Below, piece after piece: positions 17,632 to 28,512 of a stretch of 32,000 nt of DNA. The DNA is taken from contig NZ_CP089976.1 in NCBI RefSeq assembly GCF_022701215.1, forward strand, positions 1,650,001-1,682,000, read 5' to 3'. Below the pieces are notes generated by a model. It was not told where the DNA came from. It saw only the letters and a list, made by a program, of their open reading frames with translations, and ran no database searches. Numbering within the stretch: the stretch's first letter is position 1; the number at the start of each line of letters is the position of its first letter. Source of the stretch: Moraxella nasovis. GTDB taxonomy: Bacteria; Pseudomonadota; Gammaproteobacteria; Pseudomonadales; Moraxellaceae. The position numbers were made by a program, and so were the translations under genes.

Positions 17632-20600
17632 ATGGCAGTGATTCATATTGATGGCAAGACCGTAGAAGTGGACGGTAGCGACAATCTGCTTGCTGCTTGT
17701 CTGTCGCTGGGCATTGACGTGCCATATTTTTGTTATCACCCTGCCTTAGGGTCGGTAGGCTCATGCCGTCAATGTGCTGTGAAGCAGTACATGACAGAAG
17801 ATGACTACAAAGCAGGGCGTGGACGGCTTGTGATGAGCTGTATGGTCGCCCCCACGGATAATATGTACATCTCGGTGGACGATGCTGAGGCTCGTGATTT
17901 TCGTAAGCGTATCGTGGAATATCTCATGACCAACCACCCCCACGATTGCCCCACTTGTGAAGAGGGTGGACATTGCCATCTACAAGACATGACTTATATG
18001 TCAGGACATAGGAGCAGACGTTATCGCTTCACCAAACGCACGCACCACAACCAAGAGCTAGGCTCGTTCATCAATCATGAGATGAACCGCTGTATTGCGT
18101 GTTATCGCTGTGTGCGGTTTTATAAGGATTATGCAGGCGGTAGCGATTTTGGGGTATATGCCAGTAATAACCGTGTATATTTTGGACGTGAAACTGACGG
18201 TCAGCTACAAAGCGAATTTAGTGGTAATTTGACCGAAATTTGCCCAACAGGGGTGTTCACCGACAAAACGCATTCTGACCGCTACAACCGCAAATGGGAT
18301 ATGCAATATGCCCCAAGCGTGTGCCATGGGTGTAGCACAGGGTGTAGTATCTCGGCAGGTGAGCGATATGGCGAACTTCGCAGAATAGAAAACCGCTACA
18401 ATCCTGATGTCAATGGCTATTTTTTGTGCGACCGTGGGCGTTTTGGCTACGGTTATGTGAATCGTGCAGACCGTCCGACTCAGCCTTTGCATAATGTGGG
18501 TGGTCAATTGGTCAAAACGACTGCCAACTTTGCTGTTGATGGCGTGGCAGATTTATTAAAAGACAAAAAAGTGATTGGCATTGGCTCGCCCAAAGCCAGT
18601 TTGGAGAGTAATTTTGCCCTAAAAAAACTGGTGGGCAATGACAATTACAGCACAGGCGAGCGAGCTTATTTAAAAGATTTGGTGTCGCTTGGTGTGCAAA
18701 TTCTACGGCACGAAGATACGCACAATGTCTCTTTGGCTGAATTAGAAACTGCCGACAGCGTGTTTATTTTGGGGGAAGATTTGACCCAAACCGCCAGCCG
18801 TGTCGCTTTGTCTGTTCGCCAAGCCGCCAAAAATAAAGCACGCCAAATGGCAGCTGCCCTAAAAACCGAGCATTGGCTTGCCGAGCCATTAAAGCGTATC
18901 GGTCAAGACGCATACAGCCCCATTTATGTCGCTTGTGTCAATGAAACCAAACTTGATGACATCGCCAAAGTGTCGGCGGTCGCCACACCAAACGACATCG
19001 CACGCTTAGGCTTTATGGTCGGTGATGCCATCAAAGAGTTTGGCGATAGACTTAGCGAGATTGCTACCGCTTATGATGAGTTTTTGGCAAAAGAAGCTAG
19101 TACTACGGTGGCAGATGGCGAGGTGGCAGGTGTAGACGGCATGGCGGTTTTGGCACGTCATATCGCTTATGATTTGATTATGGCAAATCGTCCGCTCATC
19201 ATCAGTGGCACAAGCCTATCATCAAAGGCGATTTTGGAGGCGGCAGGCTACATCGCCCAGATGCTGACCAAAAAACGCACCCAAATTGCCCATGTGGAGC
19301 GTGAATCTGTGGAGGTTCAAAACGCCAAAATCCGTGATGACGTTGAACGCCAATTCATTGACCCTGAAAAAACCGCTCGCACTGATGGCGTGCATGAAAC
19401 CGAGCGAGATTTGAGCGATTTTGAAAAAGAGCTCAACGCACGCCTGCTGAAAGCCAATCATGAATACACCGACAAAACAGGCGTATATGTCGCCATGCCT
19501 GACGCTAATAGTGTCGGCGTGCATTTGCTCGGTGGGCAATCTATCGAGGAGATTTTGGCGAGTGATTTTGAGGCGGTGGTGGTATTAGAGCATGATTTGG
19601 CAAACCTAACACCCAGCCAATTTGAGCAGTTCACCGACAAAACGCTCATCGTACTTGACCACCAAAGCCATGATTGGCACACCAAAGCCGGCTTTGTGTT
19701 ATCAGCAGGTTCATTCGCTGAAAGTGATGGCACGCTGGTATCGGCAGAGGGTCGGGCAGGGCGGTTTTTTGCTGTTTATGACAAAAAATACTATGAGCCA
19801 ACGAGCGACATCAAAGACAGCTGGCGATGGCTACACGCATTGCACAACACCCTAAACGACTGGCAATCAAAGACAATCAGCGAGCCGACTTGGTATCATT
19901 TAGATGATGTGATTGATGAGCTTATCCATGAATATGGCGAGCTTGCCCCAGTCAAAGACGTTGCCCCACAGGCTAATTACCGAATCACAGGGCTAAAAGT
20001 TGCCCGTGAGCCACGCCGTTATTCTGGGCGAACGTCCATGCGTGCAAAAATATCCATTCATGAGCCGATGCAACCTAAGGATACCGATTCGCCATTGACC
20101 TTCTCAATGGAGGGTTATGTGGGTGAAAAGACACACGCCAGTTTGATTCCGTTTGCGTGGAGTGCAGGGTGGAATTCACCGCAGGCGTGGAATAAATATC
20201 AACATAAGGTCGGCGGACAGCTTAATGGCGGTGATGTTGGCGTACGATTGTTTGATTCATTGCCAACGACCAAGATGAATTTTGGCACCCAAACGGTGCA
20301 TGACACGCCCACAAGCAGTGTCTTTGAAAATCGTGCCAAACTTGTGCCAATTTATCAGCTGTATTCAAGTTCTGCCATCGTCAGTCGCAGTCCTGTGGTG
20401 GCAGAGCAGATTAAGCCTGCCGTCTGGACGGTTGGCAAAGACGATGCCTTGCTGTGGCAAATCAAAGATGGCGATTTGCTTGCCATCAGCCAAAACGGTC
20501 ATGACATTATCCTACCTGTGATGACGACCGATTATTTGGCAGAAGGGTGCATTGGCTATCCTGCTGGACAAGTGCCACTTCATAGCCATTTGCCAGCGGT

Positions 20601-20715
20601 GGTCAAAAAAACCACCGACTTTGATAACATCTATGTGCCTGCTTATTTGGCAAGTTTGGCAGGATTGACCAAACAGCCCAATAGCTTGTTCCAACCAAAC
20701 GCAATGGAGGTGTAA
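17632..20715 (+). CDS. nuoG: NADH-quinone oxidoreductase subunit G (1027 aa, larger than the ~908-aa E. coli protein)
   Basis: N-terminal 2Fe-2S region (CYHPALGSVGSCRQCAV) and HPHDCPTCEEGGHCHLQD. It is collinear with E. coli NuoG apart from insertions. Confidence 0.95.
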   Translation: MAVIHIDGKTVEVDGSDNLLAACLSLGIDVPYFCYHPALGSVGSCRQCAVKQYMTEDDYKAGRGRLVMSCMVAPTDNMYISVDDAEARDFRKRIVEYLMTNHPHDCPTCEEGGHCHLQDMTYMSGHRSRRYRFTKRTHHNQELGSFINHEMNRCIACYRCVRFYKDYAGGSDFGVYASNNRVYFGRETDGQLQSEFSGNLTEICPTGVFTDKTHSDRYNRKWDMQYAPSVCHGCSTGCSISAGERYGELRRIENRYNPDVNGYFLCDRGRFGYGYVNRADRPTQPLHNVGGQLVKTTANFAVDGVADLLKDKKVIGIGSPKASLESNFALKKLVGNDNYSTGERAYLKDLVSLGVQILRHEDTHNVSLAELETADSVFILGEDLTQTASRVALSVRQAAKNKARQMAAALKTEHWLAEPLKRIGQDAYSPIYVACVNETKLDDIAKVSAVATPNDIARLGFMVGDAIKEFGDRLSEIATAYDEFLAKEASTTVADGEVAGVDGMAVLARHIAYDLIMANRPLIISGTSLSSKAILEAAGYIAQMLTKKRTQIAHVERESVEVQNAKIRDDVERQFIDPEKTARTDGVHETERDLSDFEKELNARLLKANHEYTDKTGVYVAMPDANSVGVHLLGGQSIEEILASDFEAVVVLEHDLANLTPSQFEQFTDKTLIVLDHQSHDWHTKAGFVLSAGSFAESDGTLVSAEGRAGRFFAVYDKKYYEPTSDIKDSWRWLHALHNTLNDWQSKTISEPTWYHLDDVIDELIHEYGELAPVKDVAPQANYRITGLKVAREPRRYSGRTSMRAKISIHEPMQPKDTDSPLTFSMEGYVGEKTHASLIPFAWSAGWNSPQAWNKYQHKVGGQLNGGDVGVRLFDSLPTTKMNFGTQTVHDTPTSSVFENRAKLVPIYQLYSSSAIVSRSPVVAEQIKPAVWTVGKDDALLWQIKDGDLLAISQNGHDIILPVMTTDYLAEGCIGYPAGQVPLHSHLPAVVKKTTDFDNIYVPAYLASLAGLTKQPNSLFQPNAMEV

Positions 20716-20718
20716 TAA

Positions 20719-21747
20719 ATGAGCGTGCGTATAATCCCTGATGTGCCTTCGTTGTTGAGTGGATTGTCGTTTGACTGGTGGTCGTTGGCCTATTTAAGCG
20801 TGCAGGCGTTGGTGATTTTTTTGGGTCTTGTGATGACGGCAGCCTTGATGATTGTCTATGAACGGCGTATGCTTGCTTTGTGGCAAGACCGCTATGGTCC
20901 AAACCGTGTGGGCTGGCAAGGCAGTTTGCAACTGGTGGCTGATATGCTCAAAATCTTCTTTAAAGAAGACTGGACCCCCAATTTTGCCGACAAAAAAATA
21001 TTTGTATTAGCCCCTGCCATTGCGATGTTTACTGCTTTGGCAAGTTTTGCCATCATTCCATTGTCGCCGACCGCCTTTGTGGCAGATTGGGACATTGGTA
21101 TTTTGTTCTTTTTTGCGATGGCAGGCTTGGCAGTCTATGCGGTGATGTTTGGCGGCTGGGCATCTGCCAATAAGTTTTCGCTGTTGGGTGGTCTGCGTTC
21201 TGCTGCCCAAACCATCAGTTATGAAGTGTTTTTGGGCTTGTCTTTGATGGGTGTGGTGGCGATGGCAGGCTCATTCAACCTGCGTGAGATTGTAGAAGCC
21301 CAAGCGGTTGTGTGGAATGTGATACCGCAGTTTTTTGGTTTTTTGACCTTTGTGGTGGCAGGTGTTGCGGTAACGCACAGACACCCCTTTGACCAGCCAG
21401 AAGCCGAGCAAGAGCTTGCCGAAGGTTATCATGTGGAATATTCTGGCATGAAATTTGGTATGTTTTTTATTGGCGAATATGTCAATGTGGTGGTGATTTC
21501 TGCCTTGATGACTTGTTTGTTTTTTGGGGGTTGGCTTGCTCCTTTTAATCTTAATATTCCCTTTATACCACCTGTGTTTTGGTTTTTGATAAAGACCTTA
21601 TTTTTTATGACGATGTTTGTGCTTGCTCGTGGCTCGCTCATGCGTCCACGCTATGACCAAGTGATGAATTTTGGCTGGAAAGTGTGTTTGCCTGTTACTT
21701 TGGTGAACCTGCTGATGACAGCATTGGTGATTTTGATGGTGAACTAA
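20719..21747 (+). CDS. nuoH: NADH-quinone oxidoreductase subunit H
   Basis: Polytopic membrane protein with [18 protein letters not shown] and [24 protein letters not shown] motifs. Confidence 0.95.
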   Translation: MSVRIIPDVPSLLSGLSFDWWSLAYLSVQALVIFLGLVMTAALMIVYERRMLALWQDRYGPNRVGWQGSLQLVADMLKIFFKEDWTPNFADKKIFVLAPAIAMFTALASFAIIPLSPTAFVADWDIGILFFFAMAGLAVYAVMFGGWASANKFSLLGGLRSAAQTISYEVFLGLSLMGVVAMAGSFNLREIVEAQAVVWNVIPQFFGFLTFVVAGVAVTHRHPFDQPEAEQELAEGYHVEYSGMKFGMFFIGEYVNVVVISALMTCLFFGGWLAPFNLNIPFIPPVFWFLIKTLFFMTMFVLARGSLMRPRYDQVMNFGWKVCLPVTLVNLLMTALVILMVN

Positions 21748-21892
21748 GATGGTTTTGAATGACAATAAGCAAATCGCCAATCAAAGAATTGTTCGTCAAT
21801 TTGCCTGTGGATACGATTTTTTATCATGTTTGGGTAGCTGTGCTAAACCAAAAAAACCTGTACACTTGAACGAGCATTATCAAGGATAAATT

Positions 21893-22441
21893 ATGTTTGC
21901 AACCTTAAAAAATACGGCGGTGGGCATTTTTACCATTGTGCGTTCTATGTGGATGGTAAATACGCACGCCCTACGAAAAAGAGACACCATCTTATACCCA
22001 GAACAGCCTGTGCCTGTACCGCCACGCTTTCGTGGGCGTATTGTGCTGACCCGAGACCCAGACGGCGATGAACGCTGTGTGGCGTGTAATTTGTGTGCGG
22101 TGGCGTGTCCTGTGGGCTGTATTAGCCTACAAAAAGGCGAACGTGAAGATGGGCGTTGGTATGCCACGGATTTTCAGATCAATTTTAGTCGTTGTGTGTT
22201 TTGTGGCATGTGCGAAGAGGCTTGCCCAACCACCGCCATTCAGCTGACCCCTGATTTTGAAATCGGTGAATACAACCGCCAAAATCTGTTGTATGAAAAA
22301 GAGCATTTGCTGATCAGCGGTGTGGGCAAATACCCAGACTACAACTATTACCGTGTTACGGGCATGGCGACACAAAATAGACCCAAAGGCTCGCATGATA
22401 AAGAAGCGACACCGATTGATGTAAGGAGTTTGTTGCCATGA
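21893..22441 (+). CDS. nuoI: NADH-quinone oxidoreductase subunit I
   Basis: Two 4Fe-4S motifs ([12 protein letters not shown] and [12 protein letters not shown]). Near-collinear with E. coli NuoI. AAGGA Shine-Dalgarno. Confidence 0.95.
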   Translation: MFATLKNTAVGIFTIVRSMWMVNTHALRKRDTILYPEQPVPVPPRFRGRIVLTRDPDGDERCVACNLCAVACPVGCISLQKGEREDGRWYATDFQINFSRCVFCGMCEEACPTTAIQLTPDFEIGEYNRQNLLYEKEHLLISGVGKYPDYNYYRVTGMATQNRPKGSHDKEATPIDVRSLLP

Positions 22442-23040
22442 TAGCTTGGTTGAATGCGTTACTGTCTGATGGCAGTGTGGTGGGCTTTTATGTCTTGGGC
22501 TTGGTGGCGATTTGGGCAAGTTTGCGTGTGGTTACCCATGCCAATCCTGTTCATGCCATTTTATCCATGATTGTCTCTTTGCTTGCGGTGGCAGGGATTT
22601 TCTTTATCTTGGGGGCAAGTTTTGCAGGCGTGCTTGAAATCATCGTGTATGCAGGGGCGATTTTGGTGCTGTTTGTGTTTGTCATCATGATGCTTAATTT
22701 GGGTACAGACACCCTAGAAGAAAAATCTTGGCTTACCGCCAATGCGTGGGCAATGCCAATGGCATTAGGAGTCATTGTCTTTGCTGTGCTTTGTGGATTG
22801 ATTTTAAATGCAACCCCTGCATTTATTGGTGGCAATGTGTATTTTTCAGATGTAAATATCACAGCTAAAGAAGTGGGTATCAGTCTATTTACACAATATG
22901 TGCTACTTGTACAAGCAGCAGCGTTTTTATTGCTTGGAGCATTAGTGGCGGCATATCATCTTGGTAAAAAAGCCCTAGATGATGAGAATGTCAGCCACAC
23001 CCAAGAACGCATGGATGAGATCAAAGGGGATAATTTATGA
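22438..23040 (+). CDS. nuoJ: NADH-quinone oxidoreductase subunit J
   Basis: ATGA overlap with nuoI. Hydrophobic 200-aa protein at the conserved position between nuoI and nuoK. Confidence 0.9.
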   Translation: MIAWLNALLSDGSVVGFYVLGLVAIWASLRVVTHANPVHAILSMIVSLLAVAGIFFILGASFAGVLEIIVYAGAILVLFVFVIMMLNLGTDTLEEKSWLTANAWAMPMALGVIVFAVLCGLILNATPAFIGGNVYFSDVNITAKEVGISLFTQYVLLVQAAAFLLLGALVAAYHLGKKALDDENVSHTQERMDEIKGDNL

Positions 23041-23402
23041 TACATACGACGGGAAGTACCCCATACGTCCATGATGTCGCAACAGCTGTAGCAGGCTTTG
23101 GTATTAATGCTATGCATGGTCTAATCTTAGCAGGTATATTATTTACCATTGGTCTAACTGGCGTAATGGTGCGACGCAATCTATTATTTGTATTGATGAG
23201 CCTTGAGATTATGATGAACGCTGCAGCACTGGCATTTGTCATGGCGGGTAATTTACATGGTTCTGCTGATGGTCAAGTAATGTTTATTTTTGTGTTGACT
23301 TTAGCGGCAGCAGAAGCGGCGATTGGACTTGCGATTTTATTACAGTTTTATCATCGCTTTAGAAGTCTTGATTTAACCAAAGCTAATAGCATGAAGGGGT
23401 AG
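23037..23402 (+). CDS. nuoK: NADH-quinone oxidoreductase subunit K (start at the ATGA overlap gives a ~25-aa N-terminal extension)
   Basis: The core [41 protein letters not shown] matches E. coli NuoK. AGGGG Shine-Dalgarno lies 8 nt before the ATG at 23037. The alternative ATG at 23112 lacks a Shine-Dalgarno. Confidence 0.85.
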   Translation: MIHTTGSTPYVHDVATAVAGFGINAMHGLILAGILFTIGLTGVMVRRNLLFVLMSLEIMMNAAALAFVMAGNLHGSADGQVMFIFVLTLAAAEAAIGLAILLQFYHRFRSLDLTKANSMKG

Positions 23403-25256
23403 ATGATGCTTGCGATGACTTTTATTTTCCCTGTGATTGGCTTTTTATTGCTTGCCATAGGCCGAGATCGCTTAAGTGAGACATTAGCAACTTGGATTGG
23501 TGTTGGCATGATGGGCTTGTCTGCTGTTTGTGCCTTTATGTCTATTTTTGGATTCTTGTCTGGCGACAGGGCTGCTCAAACCATCTCATTATGGACGTGG
23601 TTTGCAGTTGGTGATTTTGCCCCACAATTTGCTTTAACGCTTGATGGGCTGTCGGTTACCATGATGGGTGTTATTACAGGCGTCGGTTTTTTAATCCACC
23701 TGTTTGCATCTTGGTATATGACAGGCGAGAAGCATTTTGCTAGATTTTTTAGCTACCTAAACCTATTCGTTGCAAGCATGCTTATCTTAGTCTTGTCAGA
23801 TAATTTATTGCTGATGTACTTAGGCTGGGAAGGCGTGGGTATTTGCTCTTATCTGTTAATTGGTTATTATTTTGATAACCGTGATAATGGTAAGGCAGCG
23901 ATGAAGGCGTTTACGGTAACTCGTGTGGGCGACGTATTTTTAGCGATTGGTTTGTTTTTGCTGTTTTATAAATTTGGTACGCTGGATTTTTCTACGATTT
24001 TACAGCAAGCTTCTCAAGTATTTACAACTAATGATCCGATGCTTGTCTTATCTGTACTGATGATTATTGGCGGTGCGTTTGGTAAATCTGCCCAAATCCC
24101 ATTGCATACTTGGCTTGCTGATGCGATGGCAGGTCCGACACCTGTGTCCGCACTCATTCACGCTGCCACGATGGTAACCGCAGGCGTGTATTTAATCGCA
24201 CGTATGCACCCACTTTTTGTTTTAACGCCAGATATGTTGGTGTATGCAGTTGGTGGTGTTGGTGCTTTATCTATGCTTGTCGCTAGTTTTTGTGCCTTGG
24301 CACAGACTGATATTAAGCGTGTGCTTGCTTACTCTACCATGAGCCAGCTTGGCTATATGTTTATGGCGTTAGGTGTGGGTGCGTGGCAAGTGGCAATTTT
24401 TCACTTGATGACGCATGCGTTTTTTAAGGCGTTGCTATTTTTGGCAAGTGGGGCGGTGATTATCAGTACCCATCACGAACAAAACATCTTTAAGATGGGT
24501 GGATTGCGTAAAAAAATCCCTTTGGTATTTTGGTCGTTCGTGGTTGGCGGCGGGGCATTGGTCGCCTTGCCTTTTGTGACTGTAGGCTTTTATTCCAAAG
24601 AAGCCATTCTTTGGGAGACATATGCCACAGGTCATATGGGGCTTTTTTATGCTGGCGTATTTGGTGCGTTTTTAACAGCGATTTACACCTTCCGTTTAAT
24701 TTGGCTGACGTTTTTTGGACAAGAAAAAACCCATGCTCACGCTTTAAAAGGCATATCTTATGCCTTGCCACTCATTGTGCTGATGGTATTATCGACAGGA
24801 TTGGGTGCTCTAATCCACCCACCTTTGGCAAATGTTCTGCCCAAAAGTGTCGGTGCTACCTTAACCGAAGGTAAGCACACCGCTGAATATATTGCGATTG
24901 GTATGACGACAGCAGGCTTGATTCTTGCTTATCTTTTATATGTCGTTAATGGCGGACGAGCATTACAAAAATTTAAAGAAAGTAGTTTTGGCGGTGCAGT
25001 TTACCACTGGTGCTATCATGGCTTAGGTTTTGATGCGTTATATGATATCGTGTTTGTTAAGCCGTTCTTAATGATTGCACGATTATTTAAAAAAGACCCT
25101 GTTGATGGGGTGTGGAATGTACTACCAAAACTAACAGGTATGATGGGCTGTGTGATGAGTGGTACGCAAACAGGTCAGCTTCGCACACAAGCTATTAGTT
25201 TTGGTTTGGGACTAGTTTTAGTATTAGTGCTTGTCATGATAAAGGTGGTGAATTAA
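23403..25256 (+). CDS. nuoL: NADH-quinone oxidoreductase subunit L
   Basis: 617-aa Mrp-antiporter-like subunit ([17 protein letters not shown] and [17 protein letters not shown]). It starts directly after the nuoK stop. Confidence 0.95.
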   Translation: MMLAMTFIFPVIGFLLLAIGRDRLSETLATWIGVGMMGLSAVCAFMSIFGFLSGDRAAQTISLWTWFAVGDFAPQFALTLDGLSVTMMGVITGVGFLIHLFASWYMTGEKHFARFFSYLNLFVASMLILVLSDNLLLMYLGWEGVGICSYLLIGYYFDNRDNGKAAMKAFTVTRVGDVFLAIGLFLLFYKFGTLDFSTILQQASQVFTTNDPMLVLSVLMIIGGAFGKSAQIPLHTWLADAMAGPTPVSALIHAATMVTAGVYLIARMHPLFVLTPDMLVYAVGGVGALSMLVASFCALAQTDIKRVLAYSTMSQLGYMFMALGVGAWQVAIFHLMTHAFFKALLFLASGAVIISTHHEQNIFKMGGLRKKIPLVFWSFVVGGGALVALPFVTVGFYSKEAILWETYATGHMGLFYAGVFGAFLTAIYTFRLIWLTFFGQEKTHAHALKGISYALPLIVLMVLSTGLGALIHPPLANVLPKSVGATLTEGKHTAEYIAIGMTTAGLILAYLLYVVNGGRALQKFKESSFGGAVYHWCYHGLGFDALYDIVFVKPFLMIARLFKKDPVDGVWNVLPKLTGMMGCVMSGTQTGQLRTQAISFGLGLVLVLVLVMIKVVN

Positions 25257-25257
25257 C

Positions 25258-26907
25258 ATGGATTTACAACAAACTTGGGCTTTACCAGCGTTAATCGCCA
25301 TTCCAATCATTGCAGGTTTTTTTTGCTGGCTGGTAGAAAAGAAAACGCCACAGTTGCCAAGATGGATTGCTTTATTTGGTATGCTGACTACTTTATTACT
25401 GTCAGTGGGGTTATATCTCAATGCAGACATTGCAGCGTTTAACGCATCTGGCCATGTAGGCGATACTTTGCCTTGGCTTGCGACATTTGATGTGCCTTGG
25501 ATTGAGAATTTTGGCATTCGTTTTTCATTGGCGATGGATGGCTTGTCACTTTTGATGATTGGCTTAACAGCACTTCTTGGCGTGCTAGCGGTAGGGTGTT
25601 CTTGGAATGAAATCGGACATCGTGTTGGGTTTTTCCATCTAAACCTCTTGGCAAGTCTTGGCGGTGTGATTGGTGTATTTTTAGCAATCGATCTGTTTTT
25701 ATTCTTTTTCTTTTGGGAGATGATGCTAACCCCAATTTATTTTTTAATCGCACTTTGGGGTCATGACGTTAAGGATAAAGCAGGCAACATTATCAAGCCA
25801 AAGTCGGCAGCAGCCACTAAGTTTTTTATTTATACTCAAGCTAGCGGTCTTGTGATGCTGATCGGTATCTGTATGCTGGTGATTTTAAATTATTTACAAA
25901 CTGGCGTATTAACTTTCCATTATGAAAAACTGCTTGGCACCTCGATGGGTCCGTATGAATACATCATTATGCTGTGCTTTTTTATCGGTTTTGCGGTCAA
26001 ATTACCTGTATTCCCACTACATGGCTGGCTACCTGATGCTCACGCCCAAGCACCTACGGCAGGCTCGGTGGATTTGGCAGGGATTTTGATTAAGACGGCA
26101 GCTTTTGGCTTATTGCGTTTTGTGTTGCCATTATTTCCTAATGCGTCAGCGGATTTTGCACCGATTGCTATTACCCTTGGCTTAATCGGTATCTTTTATG
26201 GTGCGTGGCTTGCCTTTGCACAGACTGATATTAAGCGATTGCTTGCTTATACGTCCGTATCTCATATGGGCTTTGTGGTGCTTGCCATCTATGCTGGTAC
26301 GATTTTATCACTGCAAGGTTTGATGGTACAAATGATTGCTCACGGACTATCAAGTGCAGCATTGTTTATTATGGCAGGTCAGCTATATGAAAGACTGCAC
26401 ACTCGTGATTTGACCTTGATGGGTGGTATGTGGGGACATTTTCGGTATTTTGCACCGCTACTCATGTTCTTTTGTGCTGCTTTGCTTGGCATACCCGGGA
26501 CAGGTAACTTTATTGGTGAGATTGTGATACTGCTGGGTTCATTTTCACATTATCCTGCATTTGTTATGATCACAGCCGTCAGTTTTGTATGGGCAGGCTT
26601 GTATTCGCTAATTTTAATCCATAAGGCGTTATTTGGTCAGGATGCGACAAGTCAGCTTGACTTGGGTGGTCATAAACGCATCATAAAAGATTTGGGCAAA
26701 AGAGAGCTAAGTTTGCTTGGTATTTTGGCGATTGGATTGATTTATACAGGATTGTATCCTAAGCCTATCATGGACGTCTCTGAAAGTTCAATGACATATA
26801 TCTCGAACAGTTATCACCATGCACCACTAAAAAATATGCTAAACAACCTAAATGCAGCAACAACACCAATGACAAATAAAACAGATGTACAGGAGGCAAG
26901 TCAATGA
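25258..26907 (+). CDS. nuoM: NADH-quinone oxidoreductase subunit M
   Basis: 549-aa antiporter-like subunit (FFFFWEMMLTPIYFLI and HGWLPDAHAQAPTAGSV). Confidence 0.95.
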   Translation: MDLQQTWALPALIAIPIIAGFFCWLVEKKTPQLPRWIALFGMLTTLLLSVGLYLNADIAAFNASGHVGDTLPWLATFDVPWIENFGIRFSLAMDGLSLLMIGLTALLGVLAVGCSWNEIGHRVGFFHLNLLASLGGVIGVFLAIDLFLFFFFWEMMLTPIYFLIALWGHDVKDKAGNIIKPKSAAATKFFIYTQASGLVMLIGICMLVILNYLQTGVLTFHYEKLLGTSMGPYEYIIMLCFFIGFAVKLPVFPLHGWLPDAHAQAPTAGSVDLAGILIKTAAFGLLRFVLPLFPNASADFAPIAITLGLIGIFYGAWLAFAQTDIKRLLAYTSVSHMGFVVLAIYAGTILSLQGLMVQMIAHGLSSAALFIMAGQLYERLHTRDLTLMGGMWGHFRYFAPLLMFFCAALLGIPGTGNFIGEIVILLGSFSHYPAFVMITAVSFVWAGLYSLILIHKALFGQDATSQLDLGGHKRIIKDLGKRELSLLGILAIGLIYTGLYPKPIMDVSESSMTYISNSYHHAPLKNMLNNLNAATTPMTNKTDVQEASQ

Positions 26908-28391
26908 ACGAAGTAATGACTTTGCCAAGTTTTTGGCAGCAGTTGGGCGGTATGCTTCCTGCGGTGATTGTGGCAATAACAGCGTTGGTTGTGATGTGTG
27001 CTATCGCAATTAAACGCAGCCATTATTTAGTGGGTACACTTTCTGTGGTGGGCTTAAATATCGCCTTGCTTGCTCAGATTGGCATGCTAACAGGGATGCT
27101 AAGTGTCGGCACAGCCACAAGTATGTTATTTAGCTTTGATGGTTTTGCTATGGTGAATGGCACGCTTGTGCTGATTATGGCGTTGGCGTGTTGTAGCTTA
27201 AGTTATGGGTTTTTTGGTACATTTAACGATAATAAAGAAGAGCTATATTTACTCATGCTTATCAGTACGCTTGGTGCGATGCTGATGACAGGTGCACAGC
27301 ATTTAGCATCATTTTTTGTATCGCTTGAGCTTTTATCGGTACCAATGTATGGTATGCTTGCTTATACTTTCTTAAAGCAAAAATCGCTAGAATCTGGCTT
27401 GAAATATCTGGTGCTATCAGCTGCTGCTTCTGCGACATTACTAATGGGTATGGCGTTTATTCTTGCAGATGTAGGTCAGCTGCACTTTGTCTTTATCAAA
27501 GAAGCGATACTTACACAAGGCGTTACGCCACTTGTGATATTAGGCGGTAGTCTTATGCTGGTGGCAATAGCCTTTAAGTTATCATTAGCACCGTTTCATG
27601 CATGGGCGGGCGATGTGTACCAAGGAGCACCTGCACCAATTTCGGCATTTTTGGCAAGCGTAGCAAAAGTAGCGGCGATGGCATTAGCAACTCGTCTGCT
27701 TATTGAGACAGCATTGCCTGCTTTGCCTTCAAGCGATGTGATATTAACTTGGCTGATTGTATTGTCAGTGATTATTGGCAACCTATTGGCATTAAAACAA
27801 GACAATCTAAAGCGTCTTTTTGCTTATTCATCGATTGCCCATATGGGTTATGCACTGATCACCTTAGTCAGTTTGGGTCATGCTGCTGTTGGGCTAATCA
27901 CTATGTACATGGCAGTCTATGGATTGACAAGCTTAGCAGCTTTTGGTGTTATGACAGTGATGACAAATAATTATCGCATTCATGCTAAACCTGATGAAGC
28001 TGAAAAAATCAGCGACTATCAAGGTATTTTTTGGCATCGCCCTATCTTGACAGCAGTCATGGTGGTGATGATTTTATCTATGGCAGGTATTCCTTTAACA
28101 GCAGGATTTATCACTAAGTTTCAAGTCATGTTTGCTGCGGTGCAAGGTGGTCGTTTTGATCTTGCGATTATGTTGGTTGTGGGCAGTGCTATTGGACTGT
28201 ACTACTATTTAAGAGTATTGCTTGTGATGTTTAAGCGTCCATTGACTGATAGTCCGTTTGAGGCTAGTCATGATTGGTCGGTTAAAGTGGGCGGTATTAT
28301 TGTTATCATAATCACCTTGCTGATTTTTGTATTAGGTGTGCTTCCTAACCCATTATTCACCTTAGCAAGCTTATCGATTATCGGTGTGTAA
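26904..28391 (+). CDS. nuoN: NADH-quinone oxidoreductase subunit N
   Basis: ATGA overlap with nuoM. 495-aa antiporter-like subunit (FHAWAGDVYQGAPAPISAFL). It is the last gene of the cluster. Confidence 0.95.
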   Translation: MNEVMTLPSFWQQLGGMLPAVIVAITALVVMCAIAIKRSHYLVGTLSVVGLNIALLAQIGMLTGMLSVGTATSMLFSFDGFAMVNGTLVLIMALACCSLSYGFFGTFNDNKEELYLLMLISTLGAMLMTGAQHLASFFVSLELLSVPMYGMLAYTFLKQKSLESGLKYLVLSAAASATLLMGMAFILADVGQLHFVFIKEAILTQGVTPLVILGGSLMLVAIAFKLSLAPFHAWAGDVYQGAPAPISAFLASVAKVAAMALATRLLIETALPALPSSDVILTWLIVLSVIIGNLLALKQDNLKRLFAYSSIAHMGYALITLVSLGHAAVGLITMYMAVYGLTSLAAFGVMTVMTNNYRIHAKPDEAEKISDYQGIFWHRPILTAVMVVMILSMAGIPLTAGFITKFQVMFAAVQGGRFDLAIMLVVGSAIGLYYYLRVLLVMFKRPLTDSPFEASHDWSVKVGGIIVIIITLLIFVLGVLPNPLFTLASLSIIGV

Positions 28392-28414
28392 TGCTGATTG
28401 GAAAATCAACCAAA

Positions 28415-28439
28415 AAAGGGTGTATGTCATACACCCTTT
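28415..28439 (+). terminator. Probable terminator hairpin after nuoN
   Basis: AAAGGGTGT-ATGTCAT-ACACCCTTT lies 24 nt after the nuoN stop. The T tract is short, so efficiency is uncertain. Confidence 0.5.
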
Positions 28440-28512
28440 GACTTTAAATGGCATAAAATATTGTCTTTTATAAATGATAAGTTTAAGTTAAAAATAATTT
28501 GGGGAGAGTTTT

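Noticed and set aside
17104-17739. A 211-aa ORF, and several other ORFs of 60-130 aa, on the minus strand inside nuoF/nuoG. Similar antisense ORFs lie inside argG, nuoCD, nuoH, nuoL and nuoM.
   Set aside because: They lie entirely antisense to, or out of frame with, strongly conserved genes. Their products are low-complexity, Arg/Ser/Cys/His-rich translations typical of non-coding frames, and they lack Shine-Dalgarno sequences. I treat them as artefacts of six-frame translation.
10490-21780. The motif AAATCGCCA(A/G) or AGCAAATCGCCAA recurring in nuo intergenic regions (about 10492, 10647 and 21769), as a shared regulatory box.
   Set aside because: There are only three short, partly differing copies with no consistent position relative to start codons. 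I cannot distinguish this from chance without genome-wide statistics.
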